Of a stretch of DNA of 56,151 nt, positions 18,590 through 27,788 are shown in pieces (within the stretch, counting starts at the first letter, position 1; every line of letters starts with the position of its first letter). A model generated the notes under the pieces. The model searched no databases, was not told the DNA's origin, and saw only the letters and a list, made by a program, of their open reading frames with translations. The stretch is from Chloroflexota bacterium (GTDB lineage Bacteria; Chloroflexota; Limnocylindria; QHBO01): the NCBI GenBank assembly GCA_040005815.1, contig JBDTYC010000001.1, positions 1-56,151 on the forward strand. Direction: 5' to 3'. Position numbers and translations under genes: made by a program.

Positions 18590-19429
18590 ATGACTGACCG
18601 CCCGTTCATCTCCTTCATGACCGACTTCGGTGTCGGCTCCAGCGCCCCATCGGTGTGCCGTGGCGTGATGCTCGACATCGAGCCCGACGCGCGCCTCGTC
18701 GACGTGACGCACGCGATCCGCCACTTCGCCCTGCGCGACGGCGCGTTCCTCTTGGCCCGCAGCGTCCCCTACTTTCCGGTGGGCGTCCATGTGGCGGTGG
18801 TCGACCCTGGGGTCGGGACGGCCCGACGACCGATCGCCCTCAAGGCGGCTCGCGGCGACTTCCTGGTGGGCCCGGACAACGGGCTGCTCGTCCCTGCGGC
18901 GCGCGCGCTGGGCGGGATCGTGGCGGCCCGCGCCCTCGAGAACCGGGAGCTCTGGCTGCCGAGCGTGTCCCATACATTCCATGGCCGCGATATCTTCGCG
19001 CCGGTGGGGGCGCACCTGGCCGGCGGCACGCCATTCGAGAGCGTCGGCCCCGAGCTGGGAGTGGACGAGGTCGTCCCGCTGGAGCTGCCCATCGCCACGC
19101 CCCGAGACGGCGGAGTCGACACGTCGGTGCTTCTGATCGACGCCTTCGGCAACTGCCGCCTGGCCGGCGAGACCTCGGACCTCGTCACCGCCTTCGGCGA
19201 GATGGCGCACGGCCGGCCCTTCGACCTCGTCCTCCCTGCGCGTGGCGCCCATCCCGGAGCGAGGATCCGGGTGCCGTGGGTCTCGACGTTCGGCGAGGTT
19301 CCGATCGGCTCTCCGCTCCTCTTCGAGGACGCCGACTATGCGGGGCCCGCGCTGGCCATCAACCTTGGCTCGGCGGCAGACGTCCTTGGCCTCGAACTCG
19401 ATACGCCGGTACGACTCGAGCCTGCCTGA
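18590..19429 (+). CDS. SAM hydrolase / SAM-dependent halogenase family protein (DUF62; S-adenosyl-L-methionine hydroxide adenosyltransferase-like)
   Basis: Motifs FISFMTDFG, VHVAVVDPGVGT, LVGPDNGLL, SHTFHGRDIFAP and LLIDAFGN. The start could also be 18572 or 18581. Confidence 0.8.
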   Translation: MTDRPFISFMTDFGVGSSAPSVCRGVMLDIEPDARLVDVTHAIRHFALRDGAFLLARSVPYFPVGVHVAVVDPGVGTARRPIALKAARGDFLVGPDNGLLVPAARALGGIVAARALENRELWLPSVSHTFHGRDIFAPVGAHLAGGTPFESVGPELGVDEVVPLELPIATPRDGGVDTSVLLIDAFGNCRLAGETSDLVTAFGEMAHGRPFDLVLPARGAHPGARIRVPWVSTFGEVPIGSPLLFEDADYAGPALAINLGSAADVLGLELDTPVRLEPA

Positions 19430-19433
19430 CCCG

Positions 19434-21098
19434 ATGGCCGACGGCCCGCTGCTCGAGATCGACTCCCTCACCTTTCGCTATCGACGCGCCACCGAACCAG
19501 CCATTCGGGACCTCTCGCTCACGGTGGGCCACGGTGAGGTGCTGCTCGTCGCCGGCCCGTCAGGCTGCGGCAAATCGACGCTGATCCGGGCGATCAACGG
19601 CCTGATCCCACATTCGTACCGCGGCGAGCTAGGCGGGCGGGTGGCGCTGGATGGCCGCTCAGTGGCCGAGTCACGGCTCCGCGATCTGGCAGAGATTGTC
19701 GGCACCGTGCTCCAGGATCCGCGCAAGCAGTTGGTCGGTTCGACGATCGCGGGCGAGCTCGCATTCGGGCCGGAGAACCTGGGGATACCGCGGGACGTGA
19801 TCAGAGATCGCCTCGAGGCGGTGCTGGAAGCAACCGGCCTGCGCTACCTGCGCGACCGGACCACCGACCAGCTGTCCGGCGGTGAGAGCCAGCAGCTCGC
19901 CATCGCGGGGGCGTTGATGCTGGAGCCACGCCTGCTCGTCCTCGACGAGCCACTCGCCAACCTCGACCCACTCTCTGCCCACCGCCTGGTCGAGATGGTG
20001 CGACAGCTGGCGGACGGCGGGACAGCGGTGGTCATCGTGGAGCATCGGGTCGAGGATGTGCTCGACGCCAGGCCCGACCAGGTGCTCTATCTCGAAGATG
20101 GCGCAACGCGCTACTTCGGCCCGATGGAGGGATTCCTGGCGATTGCCGACCCAGCCTCCGTGAAGGTCCCCTTTGCCGTTTCGCTGGCACGCGCCAGGGT
20201 GGCCGCGGATATCGCAGCGCCTGCGGCGCTCCTCGCGCCCGCGACCCATCCCGCAGTGCAAGCCCCTCGCCTCGAATGGCGCGGGGTCGACGCCGGATAT
20301 GACGGGCGCGTAGTCCTGCACGGGATCACCTCTGGCCTCGGTCGCAACGAGCGAGTCGCTGTACTGGGACCGAACGGGTCGGGCAAGACGACTCTCTTCA
20401 AGGCCGCCATCGGCCTCATCCCGCTGGTTGCCGGCGAGGTCGCCGTAGATGGCCGGCCTACGCTGGGTCGAAGTGTCGCGGACCTGGCTGCCATCTTCGG
20501 CTATGTCTTTCAGAACCCATCCCAGATGCTCTTCGCGCCCACCGTGGAGCACGAGATCCTGTTCGGCCCGCGCAACATGGGCCGCGACCCGGAACGGTTC
20601 GCAGGCCTCGTTGCGGACTCGCTCGGCCGGGTCGGCCTCGCCGCGGAGCACGAGATTCGCGATCGCCCGCCGCTCACCCTCTCGTTCGGCCAGCAGAAGC
20701 GGCTTGCCATCGCGGTGGCGCTTGCCCTTGAGCCCCGCACTTTGGTGCTTGACGAGCCGTCTGCTGGGCAGGACCATCGGAGCGCAACTGCCTTCATGGA
20801 GGAGGTTGGAAGGATCGAGGGACTCGAGAGCGTCTACTACGTCACCCATGACGCTGACCTGGCGCTCGCTCACGCAGACCGGATCCTCCTGATGCGCGAC
20901 GGCCGGATCGTGGCCGACGGTGCGCCCCTCGATGTGATCGCGGACCGCGAGCGGTGGGCAGACTGCAACCTGCGGTACACATCGCTGATGGAGGCGAATG
21001 CACGTTGGGGGAGCAGGACCGGGCGATTCCTGGCGGCAGACGAGTTGTCGCGGTGGGTCGTCCGGCAAGATCTTGAGGGAGGTTTGGAGATCACATGA
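19434..21098 (+). CDS. energy-coupling factor (ECF) transporter ATPase, fused duplicated EcfA1-EcfA2 (YkoD-like)
   Basis: Two ABC cassettes. The first has GPSGCGKST, LSGGESQ and LVLDEP. The second has GPNGSGKTT, LSFGQQKR and LVLDEP. The start is 4 nt after the DUF62 stop. Confidence 0.85.
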   Translation: MADGPLLEIDSLTFRYRRATEPAIRDLSLTVGHGEVLLVAGPSGCGKSTLIRAINGLIPHSYRGELGGRVALDGRSVAESRLRDLAEIVGTVLQDPRKQLVGSTIAGELAFGPENLGIPRDVIRDRLEAVLEATGLRYLRDRTTDQLSGGESQQLAIAGALMLEPRLLVLDEPLANLDPLSAHRLVEMVRQLADGGTAVVIVEHRVEDVLDARPDQVLYLEDGATRYFGPMEGFLAIADPASVKVPFAVSLARARVAADIAAPAALLAPATHPAVQAPRLEWRGVDAGYDGRVVLHGITSGLGRNERVAVLGPNGSGKTTLFKAAIGLIPLVAGEVAVDGRPTLGRSVADLAAIFGYVFQNPSQMLFAPTVEHEILFGPRNMGRDPERFAGLVADSLGRVGLAAEHEIRDRPPLTLSFGQQKRLAIAVALALEPRTLVLDEPSAGQDHRSATAFMEEVGRIEGLESVYYVTHDADLALAHADRILLMRDGRIVADGAPLDVIADRERWADCNLRYTSLMEANARWGSRTGRFLAADELSRWVVRQDLEGGLEIT

Positions 21099-21673
21099 CA
21101 ACCATGGCAATGGGGGAGTCGGAGGGCACCTGGTCGGTTACGACCCGGGTGATCGTGTACGCCGCGATCGGCGCCGCCTTGTACGCGCTCTTCAACTACT
21201 TGTCGTTCGGTTTCGCGATGCCGGGCACGAACGACGTGAGCATTCGTCCGCACTACGGACTGCTCACCTTCTTTGGGTTTGCCTTCGGGCCGGTCGTCGG
21301 CTTCCTGACCGGGTTCGTTGGCAACGTCGTCGGGGACCAGCTGACCGGCTACGGCGCGTTCACGTCGTGGCAGTGGAGCGTCGCGAACGGGCTGGCCGGC
21401 CTCGTGGCCGGGCTCTTCCCGGTGTGGATGGCCAGCCGAATGTCGAGCCCGGGTAACAAGGCCGTGACCGCAGCGGTGGCTGGCGTGGTCGCGACCGTCA
21501 TTGGGTTCCTCTTCATATTCGTGGAGCTGGTCACCCAACAGGAGATGGGCTTCAACGCCATTCTGACCACCGAGTACATCCCGACCGTGATCGGGAACTC
21601 GATCGCCGCCGCCATCGTTACGCCGATTTTGGTGCTCGCCTGGGAGCCGCTCAAGGAGCAGATCGGCCGTTGA
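21095..21673 (+). CDS. ECF transporter S (substrate-capture) component, specificity unknown
   Basis: 192 aa with about 6 TM helices and Gly-rich helices (GFAFGPVVGFLTGFVGNVVGD). ATGA start/stop overlap with the ATPase gene. Confidence 0.6.
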   Translation: MTTMAMGESEGTWSVTTRVIVYAAIGAALYALFNYLSFGFAMPGTNDVSIRPHYGLLTFFGFAFGPVVGFLTGFVGNVVGDQLTGYGAFTSWQWSVANGLAGLVAGLFPVWMASRMSSPGNKAVTAAVAGVVATVIGFLFIFVELVTQQEMGFNAILTTEYIPTVIGNSIAAAIVTPILVLAWEPLKEQIGR

Positions 21674-21696
21674 CCGACTGATGGCCGCCTAGCCTC

Positions 21697-22545
21697 ATGC
21701 GAGCGGCCTTTCCGTATCTGGGACGAGGGTCCTGGCTCGCCAGCCGGGACCCTCGTGTTCTGCTGCTGGCGGCGATCCTCTTTGTGATCGGGGCATCGCA
21801 GCTGCGCGATTCCCGGCACTTGGCCGTCGTCCTCACCCTCGCGCTGGGCTATTACACGACGGCCCGCATCCCCTGGCGAGCGGTGCGGCTCCAGTGGATC
21901 TACCTGCTGGTCGTCATCAGCTTCTTCGCCTTCTTCAACACCCTGATCAGTGGCGGGCGGACGAGCACCTTCACGGGGGCCGACACCCACGTCCTACTCA
22001 CGATCCCTCCATTCGGCGCGGAGCTCTCGGCCGAGGGGCTGAGCCTGATGCTGAGCCAGATCCTTCGCTACGCGGGGGTGGCCGCCATCGGCTTTCCGAT
22101 TGCCTACGCGATTGCCCCTGGGGACCTTGGCGTGGCGCTGCGCCGCCTCGGGGTCACCGACAAGATCGCGGTCATGGTCGACCTCACCATCCGCTTCATC
22201 CCGACGCTATCGGGTGAGTTCGCCGAAACGATCGACGCACAGCGAGTGCGGGGCTACGACCCGACCGACCGCAAGGGCGGACCGATCAGGCGGCTACGTC
22301 GCCTGGCGCCGATCTTCGTGCCGGTGACCGTCGGCTCGATCGCGGGGGCCGAGGACACGATCGATGCCATGGACCTGCGCGGATTTGGGGTCGGGCGACG
22401 AACCTGGCTTCGCCACCTTCGATTCGATCGGCTCGACGCGATGGTGATCGGGCTGTTCGTCCTGTTCGCGATCGGCGCGACCTTCCTGAACGTCAGTGGA
22501 CGGACCGATCATTTCCTGCTGCCATTCCTCGTGCCAGGCGAGTGA
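21697..22545 (+). CDS. ecfT: ECF transporter transmembrane (T) component, EcfT/CbiQ family
   Basis: Multi-TM protein containing ...IDAQRVRGYD..., consistent with the Arg-containing coupling helices of CbiQ/EcfT. It follows the S component. Confidence 0.7.
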   Translation: MRAAFPYLGRGSWLASRDPRVLLLAAILFVIGASQLRDSRHLAVVLTLALGYYTTARIPWRAVRLQWIYLLVVISFFAFFNTLISGGRTSTFTGADTHVLLTIPPFGAELSAEGLSLMLSQILRYAGVAAIGFPIAYAIAPGDLGVALRRLGVTDKIAVMVDLTIRFIPTLSGEFAETIDAQRVRGYDPTDRKGGPIRRLRRLAPIFVPVTVGSIAGAEDTIDAMDLRGFGVGRRTWLRHLRFDRLDAMVIGLFVLFAIGATFLNVSGRTDHFLLPFLVPGE

Positions 22546-22655
22546 ACGCAAATCCACTGCGATGTGGATGGGACGTGGATAACTCCGGGAGACGGCCCAA
22601 AACTCGTGGAGAAGTCCCCTAGCCAGACCCCGGGACAGCCCCTACAGTTCGTCTT

Positions 22656-22728
22656 GTTCCGGAGGAGCCGGACCACGGTCCCGAGATTGCATCAAGGGGT
22701 CGGGGTGAGGTTCCTCCGGGACATTTTT
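22656..22728 (+). terminator. candidate intrinsic terminator or structured RNA downstream of ecfT
   Basis: GTTCCGGAGGAGCC (22656-22669) pairs 12/14 with GGTTCCTCCGGGAC (22709-22722) and is followed by TTTTT (22724-28). It lies in a relatively AT-rich convergent spacer. Confidence 0.3.
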
Positions 22729-22764
22729 CATGCCCGGAATTCCCGGGGCTCCCCCGACCGCAGG

Positions 22765-25700
22765 TTACGGTCGCAGCAGCCAGGCCCGATACGACGGCCG
22801 GAAGCCGATGGCGCGGAGCGCTTCCGCCAGGGGTGATTCCGCCGGCGGGACGCGATCGACACGCTCGAGTCGCAACTCGCGGAGCGGGCCGGCCGATCCG
22901 ATCAGACGAGTGAGCGCAACCACCGCACGTGACGCGACCTCGGCATCGGCCATGGCTGGCAGCGTCACGAGGCCCTTCCCGCCGCGCTCGATGTAGAGCG
23001 CAGCCGCACCGTCGGCCATGACGAGGTAGGCACCCGGCACCCTGGCCAGTGGCAGTCGCTCCCCCTCGGGGTCGCGTGGCCATGGCAGTGAGGCGCCGTA
23101 CGGCTGTGCCGGGTCGGCCGCCGCCAGGACCACGATCTCGGGTCCGCCCTCGACGTCGGTGTCACGGGCTGCGCGGAGCCTGTCGACGGCTCCGGGGAAC
23201 GCGAACTGGGCCGCGCCGAGGCCGGCTACAAAGTAGCCACGCCGCGCCCGCCCGGCTTCCTCCATCGCCTTGAGAACCGGATAGACCGAAGCGAAGCCAC
23301 CAGCGAGCCCCTCCGCCAGCACCGCCTCGCGAGTGACGACGCCATGCCGCTCCAGCAGGGCGAGTGCCTGCGCATGGCTCCGTTCGGTCGGCGAGCGTCC
23401 CTCGCCTACCAGGTCGGCCACCAGCGACCAGCGGCCGGCCGCCCGTGGTGGGCCGGTGCCGGCCGAGCGGCCGGGGCGCGTCGTCCGCGATCGGGAGCGG
23501 GGAAGGGAGAGGGCGCGGAGGGGCGCCAGCGTGTCATTCGTGACCTCGCCCGACCAGACGAGGTCCCAGAGCGCATCAAGCAGCTCGTCGTCCGTGCGGG
23601 CGTCGCGGACGTTCACCCGCAGCGGGCCAAAAAAGGTCGCGCCGCGCCGTTCCAGCTGCTGCCGAATGGCGTCGTGCAGCGCGGCGGCGGGGCGGTCGCC
23701 AGGCTCGAAGGCGCCGGCGGAGGCCAACAGCTCGGCTCGCTCGCGGCGGAAGAGGGAGAGGCGACCGTCGTCGCGCCCGATCGGTCCGCGTCCGATCCAG
23801 ACCACCTCGCCCGCCGCTCCCAGCTCGTCGAGGAGCCGCGGCGCGTAACCCGCCACGCGTGCTGCGAGGACGTCCCGTTCGAGGATGGAGGCCGGGATCG
23901 GGTAACCCTCCAGCTGCGTGACCACCTCGAGCAGTCGGGAGGTACCGGAGGCGCGGCTCCCAACCCCGTGCCATGCGGGCAGGAAGCGGGCTAGGGCCTC
24001 CATTGGCACCGGCTCGACCTCGCGCCGCAGCCGCGCCAGGGAGCGGCGGCGCAGGGAGCGCATCACCTCGGGGTCGGCGAACTCGTGCTCGGACTCGGCT
24101 GGACGGAACGAGCCCTCCACCAGGGCGCCGGACTCGACCAGGGCGCGCAGCCGCTCCCCTACCCGCTCCGGCGCGATACCCCAGCGCCCAGCTGGTCCGC
24201 CGGCCATGAACGGGGCATGGGTGCGGGCCCATCGCACGAGGAGTCCATCGAGCGGCGGCTGCCCCTCGCCCGCGGCCGCCAGCCACGTCTCCGCCACACC
24301 GGGTGGTGGGCTCGCGCCGACCGCGTCGCGGTAGCGCGCCACGTCTTCAATCCCCAGCCAGCGGGACTCGCCGCCCACGCGCAGCTCGACGATGCGCCGG
24401 TCGCGCGCCAGCGCGGTGAGCGCTGCCCCCGGATCGGGGAGGTCGCAGCGAGCCATGACCTCGTCGGTCCGCAGGTCGCCTAAGCGCCGCAGCAGGTCGT
24501 GGATCCCGTCGAGGGTCCGCACGCGCCGACCGCCAACCAGGCCCTGGAGCTCCAGCTCGAGATCAGCGATGGCGGCCGGGTCGAGCAGCTCGCGCAGCTC
24601 CTCTTCGCCGAGCAGCTCGGCCAGCAGCTCGCGGTCGAGGGCCAACGCCTGCGCCCGACGCTCCGCCAGGGGCGCGTCGCCCTCGTACATGTAGGCGATG
24701 ACCCAGTTGAAGAGGAGGCCCGATGCGAAGGGTGAGGCGGAGGCGGTTTCGACATTGACGACCCGGATCTGGCGGGAGCGGATCCGGCTCAGGACCTCGC
24801 CCAGCGCCGGAAGATCGAAGACGTCACGCAGCACCTCTCGATACGTCTCGAGGATGATCGGGAACGAACCGTAGCGACTCGCAACGGCCAGAAGATCGGA
24901 CGAGCGCTGTCGCTGCATCCAGAGCGGAGTGCGCTGGCCCGGCCGGCGGCGAGGCAGGAGCAATGCGCGTGCGGCGTTTTCGCGGAAGCGCGAGGCGAAG
25001 AGAGCGGTCCCGCCCAGCGCGTCGGTCACCAGTCGCTCGATCTCGTCGGGATCGAGGAGGAAGAGATCCTCTGGCGGCGGCTCGGTTGCCTCCGGCAGGC
25101 GCAGGGCGATCCCGTCATCGGTCCAGATCGTCTGCACCAGCTGCCCCTGCTCGGCCAGGCGCGCTTCGATCGCCATCGCCCACGGGGCGTGGACTCGGCC
25201 ACCGAACGGTGAGAGGAGGCAGACCCGCCAGTCGCCGAGCTCGTCGCGGAAGCGCTCGACCACGACGGCCCGGTCCGAAGGCAGCGTCCCCGTCGCCTCG
25301 CGCTGCTCGGCCAGGTAGGCGAGCAGGTTGCGAGCGGCACGCTCATCGAGGAAGTGGTCGTCGCGCAGGCGAGCCTCGGCCGCGGTCGGCTCCAGGGCGT
25401 CCATCTCGCGCACGAAGGCACCAATGGCACGGCCCAGCTCCACCGGCCGTCCAAGGGCGTCCCCGTGCCAGAACGGCATCTTGCCCGGCTGCCCAGGGGC
25501 GGGGGTAACGAGGACGCGATCGGCCTTGATCTCGTCGATGCGCCACGACGACGCGCCGAGCAGGAACACCTCGCCGACGCGGCTCTCGTAGACCATCTCC
25601 TCGTCCAGCTCCCCCACCCGACGCCCCTTCCCGCCGTCGTCGCCGGCAAGGAAGACGCCAAACAGGCCCCGATCGGGGATGGTGCCGCCTGACACGATCG

Positions 25701-27198
25701 ACACGACCCGCGCGTCGTTGCGGCTCTGGATCGTGTCGGTGGTCCGGTCCCACACGACCCGCGGCTTCAGCTCCGCGAACTCGTCGGACGGGTAGCGGCC
25801 GGAGAGCATGTCCAGGACCCCCTCGAGCTGCTGCCGCGAGAGGTCGCGAAATGGCTCGGCCCGCGTGACGAGTGCATGCAGCGCGTCGACCGTCCACGGA
25901 TCCATCGCGCAGGTGGCCACGATCTGCTGGGCCAGGACATCCAGCGGGTTGCGCGGGATCCGCGTCTCTTCTATCGCCCCGTCGAGCATGCGCCGCACCA
26001 CGACCGCGGCCTCGAGCAGGTCGCTGCGGTGGTTCGGGAAGATCTTGCCGACAGAGGGCTGGCCGACCTGGTGCCCGGCCCGGCCGATCCGCTGCAGCCC
26101 TGCCGCGACGCTGGGTGGCGCCTCGATCTGAACGACCAGGTCGATCGCCCCCATGTCGATCCCCAGCTCGAGGCTCGAGGTCGCGACCAGGGCGGGGAGA
26201 CGGCCGGCCTTCAGCGCCTCCTCGATCTCCAGTCGCTGCTCGCGAGCGATGCTGCCGTGGTGCGCCAGCACCAGCTCCTCGCCGGCGAGCTCGTTCAGGC
26301 GGCTGCTCATCCGTTCCGCCAGCCGCCGCGAGTTGACGAAGACCAGGGTGGACCGATGTGCCCGGATCAGCTCCAGCAGGGCGGGATAGATGTTGGGCCA
26401 GATCGAGTGGCGCTTCTCGGACCCGGCATCCTCATCGGCCCCCTCGGAAAGGTTCCCCAGGTCATCGACCGGCACGATCACCTCCAGCTCGAGAGTCTTG
26501 CCCGCCCCGGCGTCTGCGATCTGGACCTCGCGCCGCGTGCCCCCCAGGAACGCGGCGATCGCCGACAGCGGCCGCTGGGTGGCGGAGAGGCCGATCCGCT
26601 GTGGCTCGGTATCGGTCAGGGCGGAGAGGCGCTCCATCGAGATGGCGAGGTGCGCGCCGCGCTTGGTGCCGGCCATCGCATGCACCTCGTCGATGATCAC
26701 GTATTCGATCCCGCGCAGCGACTCCCGCGCCTGGCTGGTCAGCAGCAGGTAGAGCGACTCCGGTGTGGTGACCAGGATCTCGGGCGGGTCGCGCACGAGC
26801 TGGCGGCGCGCGTCGGCCGGCGTGTCGCCGGTGCGTGACGCAACGCGGACCTCGGGCAGTTCCAGCCGCAGGCGCTCGGCCGTGCGTCGGATGCCGGCCA
26901 ACGGCGCGCGCAGGTTCCGCTCGACGTCGTAGGTCAGTGCCTTGAGGGGCGAAACGTAGAGGACCCGCAGCCGCCGGTCGCGGGCTCGGGGCGCGGTGTC
27001 GCTGAAGAGGCGGTCGAGGCACCACAGGAATGCGGCCAGGGTCTTGCCGCTGCCGGTGGGCGCGTGCAGGAGGGTGTGGCGGCCCGCCGCGATCGCCGCC
27101 CAGCCCAGTACCTGGGCGCGCGTCGGCTTGGCAAAGGCCTCGCCGAACCAGGCGCGGGTGGGGGCGGAGAAGGGAGCGAGTGGATCGGTCCGGGACAC
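22765..27198 (-). CDS. lhr: Lhr-type large ATP-dependent DEAD/DEAH-box helicase
   Basis: 1477 aa with N-terminus PTRAQVLGWAAIAAGRHTLLHAPTGSGKTLAAF, motifs IIDEVH and QRIGRAGH, and the long Lhr-specific C-terminal extension. The start is GTG. Confidence 0.9.
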   Translation of the reverse strand: MSRTDPLAPFSAPTRAWFGEAFAKPTRAQVLGWAAIAAGRHTLLHAPTGSGKTLAAFLWCLDRLFSDTAPRARDRRLRVLYVSPLKALTYDVERNLRAPLAGIRRTAERLRLELPEVRVASRTGDTPADARRQLVRDPPEILVTTPESLYLLLTSQARESLRGIEYVIIDEVHAMAGTKRGAHLAISMERLSALTDTEPQRIGLSATQRPLSAIAAFLGGTRREVQIADAGAGKTLELEVIVPVDDLGNLSEGADEDAGSEKRHSIWPNIYPALLELIRAHRSTLVFVNSRRLAERMSSRLNELAGEELVLAHHGSIAREQRLEIEEALKAGRLPALVATSSLELGIDMGAIDLVVQIEAPPSVAAGLQRIGRAGHQVGQPSVGKIFPNHRSDLLEAAVVVRRMLDGAIEETRIPRNPLDVLAQQIVATCAMDPWTVDALHALVTRAEPFRDLSRQQLEGVLDMLSGRYPSDEFAELKPRVVWDRTTDTIQSRNDARVVSIVSGGTIPDRGLFGVFLAGDDGGKGRRVGELDEEMVYESRVGEVFLLGASSWRIDEIKADRVLVTPAPGQPGKMPFWHGDALGRPVELGRAIGAFVREMDALEPTAAEARLRDDHFLDERAARNLLAYLAEQREATGTLPSDRAVVVERFRDELGDWRVCLLSPFGGRVHAPWAMAIEARLAEQGQLVQTIWTDDGIALRLPEATEPPPEDLFLLDPDEIERLVTDALGGTALFASRFRENAARALLLPRRRPGQRTPLWMQRQRSSDLLAVASRYGSFPIILETYREVLRDVFDLPALGEVLSRIRSRQIRVVNVETASASPFASGLLFNWVIAYMYEGDAPLAERRAQALALDRELLAELLGEEELRELLDPAAIADLELELQGLVGGRRVRTLDGIHDLLRRLGDLRTDEVMARCDLPDPGAALTALARDRRIVELRVGGESRWLGIEDVARYRDAVGASPPPGVAETWLAAAGEGQPPLDGLLVRWARTHAPFMAGGPAGRWGIAPERVGERLRALVESGALVEGSFRPAESEHEFADPEVMRSLRRRSLARLRREVEPVPMEALARFLPAWHGVGSRASGTSRLLEVVTQLEGYPIPASILERDVLAARVAGYAPRLLDELGAAGEVVWIGRGPIGRDDGRLSLFRRERAELLASAGAFEPGDRPAAALHDAIRQQLERRGATFFGPLRVNVRDARTDDELLDALWDLVWSGEVTNDTLAPLRALSLPRSRSRTTRPGRSAGTGPPRAAGRWSLVADLVGEGRSPTERSHAQALALLERHGVVTREAVLAEGLAGGFASVYPVLKAMEEAGRARRGYFVAGLGAAQFAFPGAVDRLRAARDTDVEGGPEIVVLAAADPAQPYGASLPWPRDPEGERLPLARVPGAYLVMADGAAALYIERGGKGLVTLPAMADAEVASRAVVALTRLIGSAGPLRELRLERVDRVPPAESPLAEALRAIGFRPSYRAWLLRP

Positions 27199-27229
27199 GA
27201 TCGCGTCAGTCTAGCGCGCCGCCGTGCCC

Positions 27230-27245
27230 TCGAACAGATGTTCTA
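27230..27245. promoter_or_regulatory. SOS (LexA) box-like palindrome TCGAACAGATGTTCTA
   Basis: It matches the actinobacterial/Gram-positive LexA consensus TCGAAC-N4-GTTCGA at 11 of 12 defined positions. It lies in the lhr/ddn-like divergent spacer, about 17 nt upstream of a TAGACT -10-like hexamer for lhr. Confidence 0.5.
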
Positions 27246-27307
27246 GTCGCTGAGCACGGGCGCTGCCGCCGCATCGGGGCCGAATCGCGCGCGCGGCGCG
27301 ACGGCGC

Positions 27308-27313
27308 TACAAT
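27308..27313 (+). promoter_or_regulatory. -10-like hexamer TACAAT placed for a leaderless transcript
   Basis: TACAAT ends 7 nt before the ATG at 27321, and no SD lies between them. Confidence 0.35.
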
Positions 27314-27320
27314 TGGTTGC

Positions 27321-27713
27321 ATGATCAACCACTCGACGGCGACCGCCACTGACGAGCGGGTCGCGCGCGCCCTGTCACAGGGCCACACCATTGACATCAC
27401 CACCACCGGACGCAAGACCGGGCAGCTGCGCCGCATCGAGACGGTCTTCCACAACATCGACGGACGGGTCGTCCTGAGCGGTATGCCGGGGAAGCGCAGC
27501 TGGTACGCGAACCTGCTGGCCAATCCACAGTTCACGTTCCACCTCAAGAGCGCAGTGGAGGCCGATCTGCCAGCCACCGCGCGAGCGATCCTCGAGCCGG
27601 TCGAGCGACGCGCTGTGATGGCCCGGGTCGCGCAGAACTGGGGTCGAACCGATATCGACGTGATGCTCGAGCATTCGCCGCTGGTCGAGGTCACCTTCGA
27701 CGAGGCGGCGTGA
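27321..27713 (+). CDS. deazaflavin (F420)-dependent nitroreductase-family / PNPOx-like split-barrel protein (DUF385-type)
   Basis: 130 aa with TTTGRKTGQLRRIETVFHNIDGRVVLSG...SWYANLLANPQFTF, typical of the Ddn-like family. The upstream part of track ORF 27030.. overlaps lhr. Confidence 0.7.
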   Translation: MINHSTATATDERVARALSQGHTIDITTTGRKTGQLRRIETVFHNIDGRVVLSGMPGKRSWYANLLANPQFTFHLKSAVEADLPATARAILEPVERRAVMARVAQNWGRTDIDVMLEHSPLVEVTFDEAA

Positions 27714-27788
27714 CAAGGGCCGGTCCCTCGCGGGGTCGGCCCTCGCCGTGCGCGGCTACTCGACCTTCCGCCGCGACGTCGTCATCGG

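Noticed and set aside
19671-21110. 479-aa minus-strand ORF
   Set aside because: It is antisense to the fused ECF ATPase gene, which has two complete Walker A/signature/Walker B sets.
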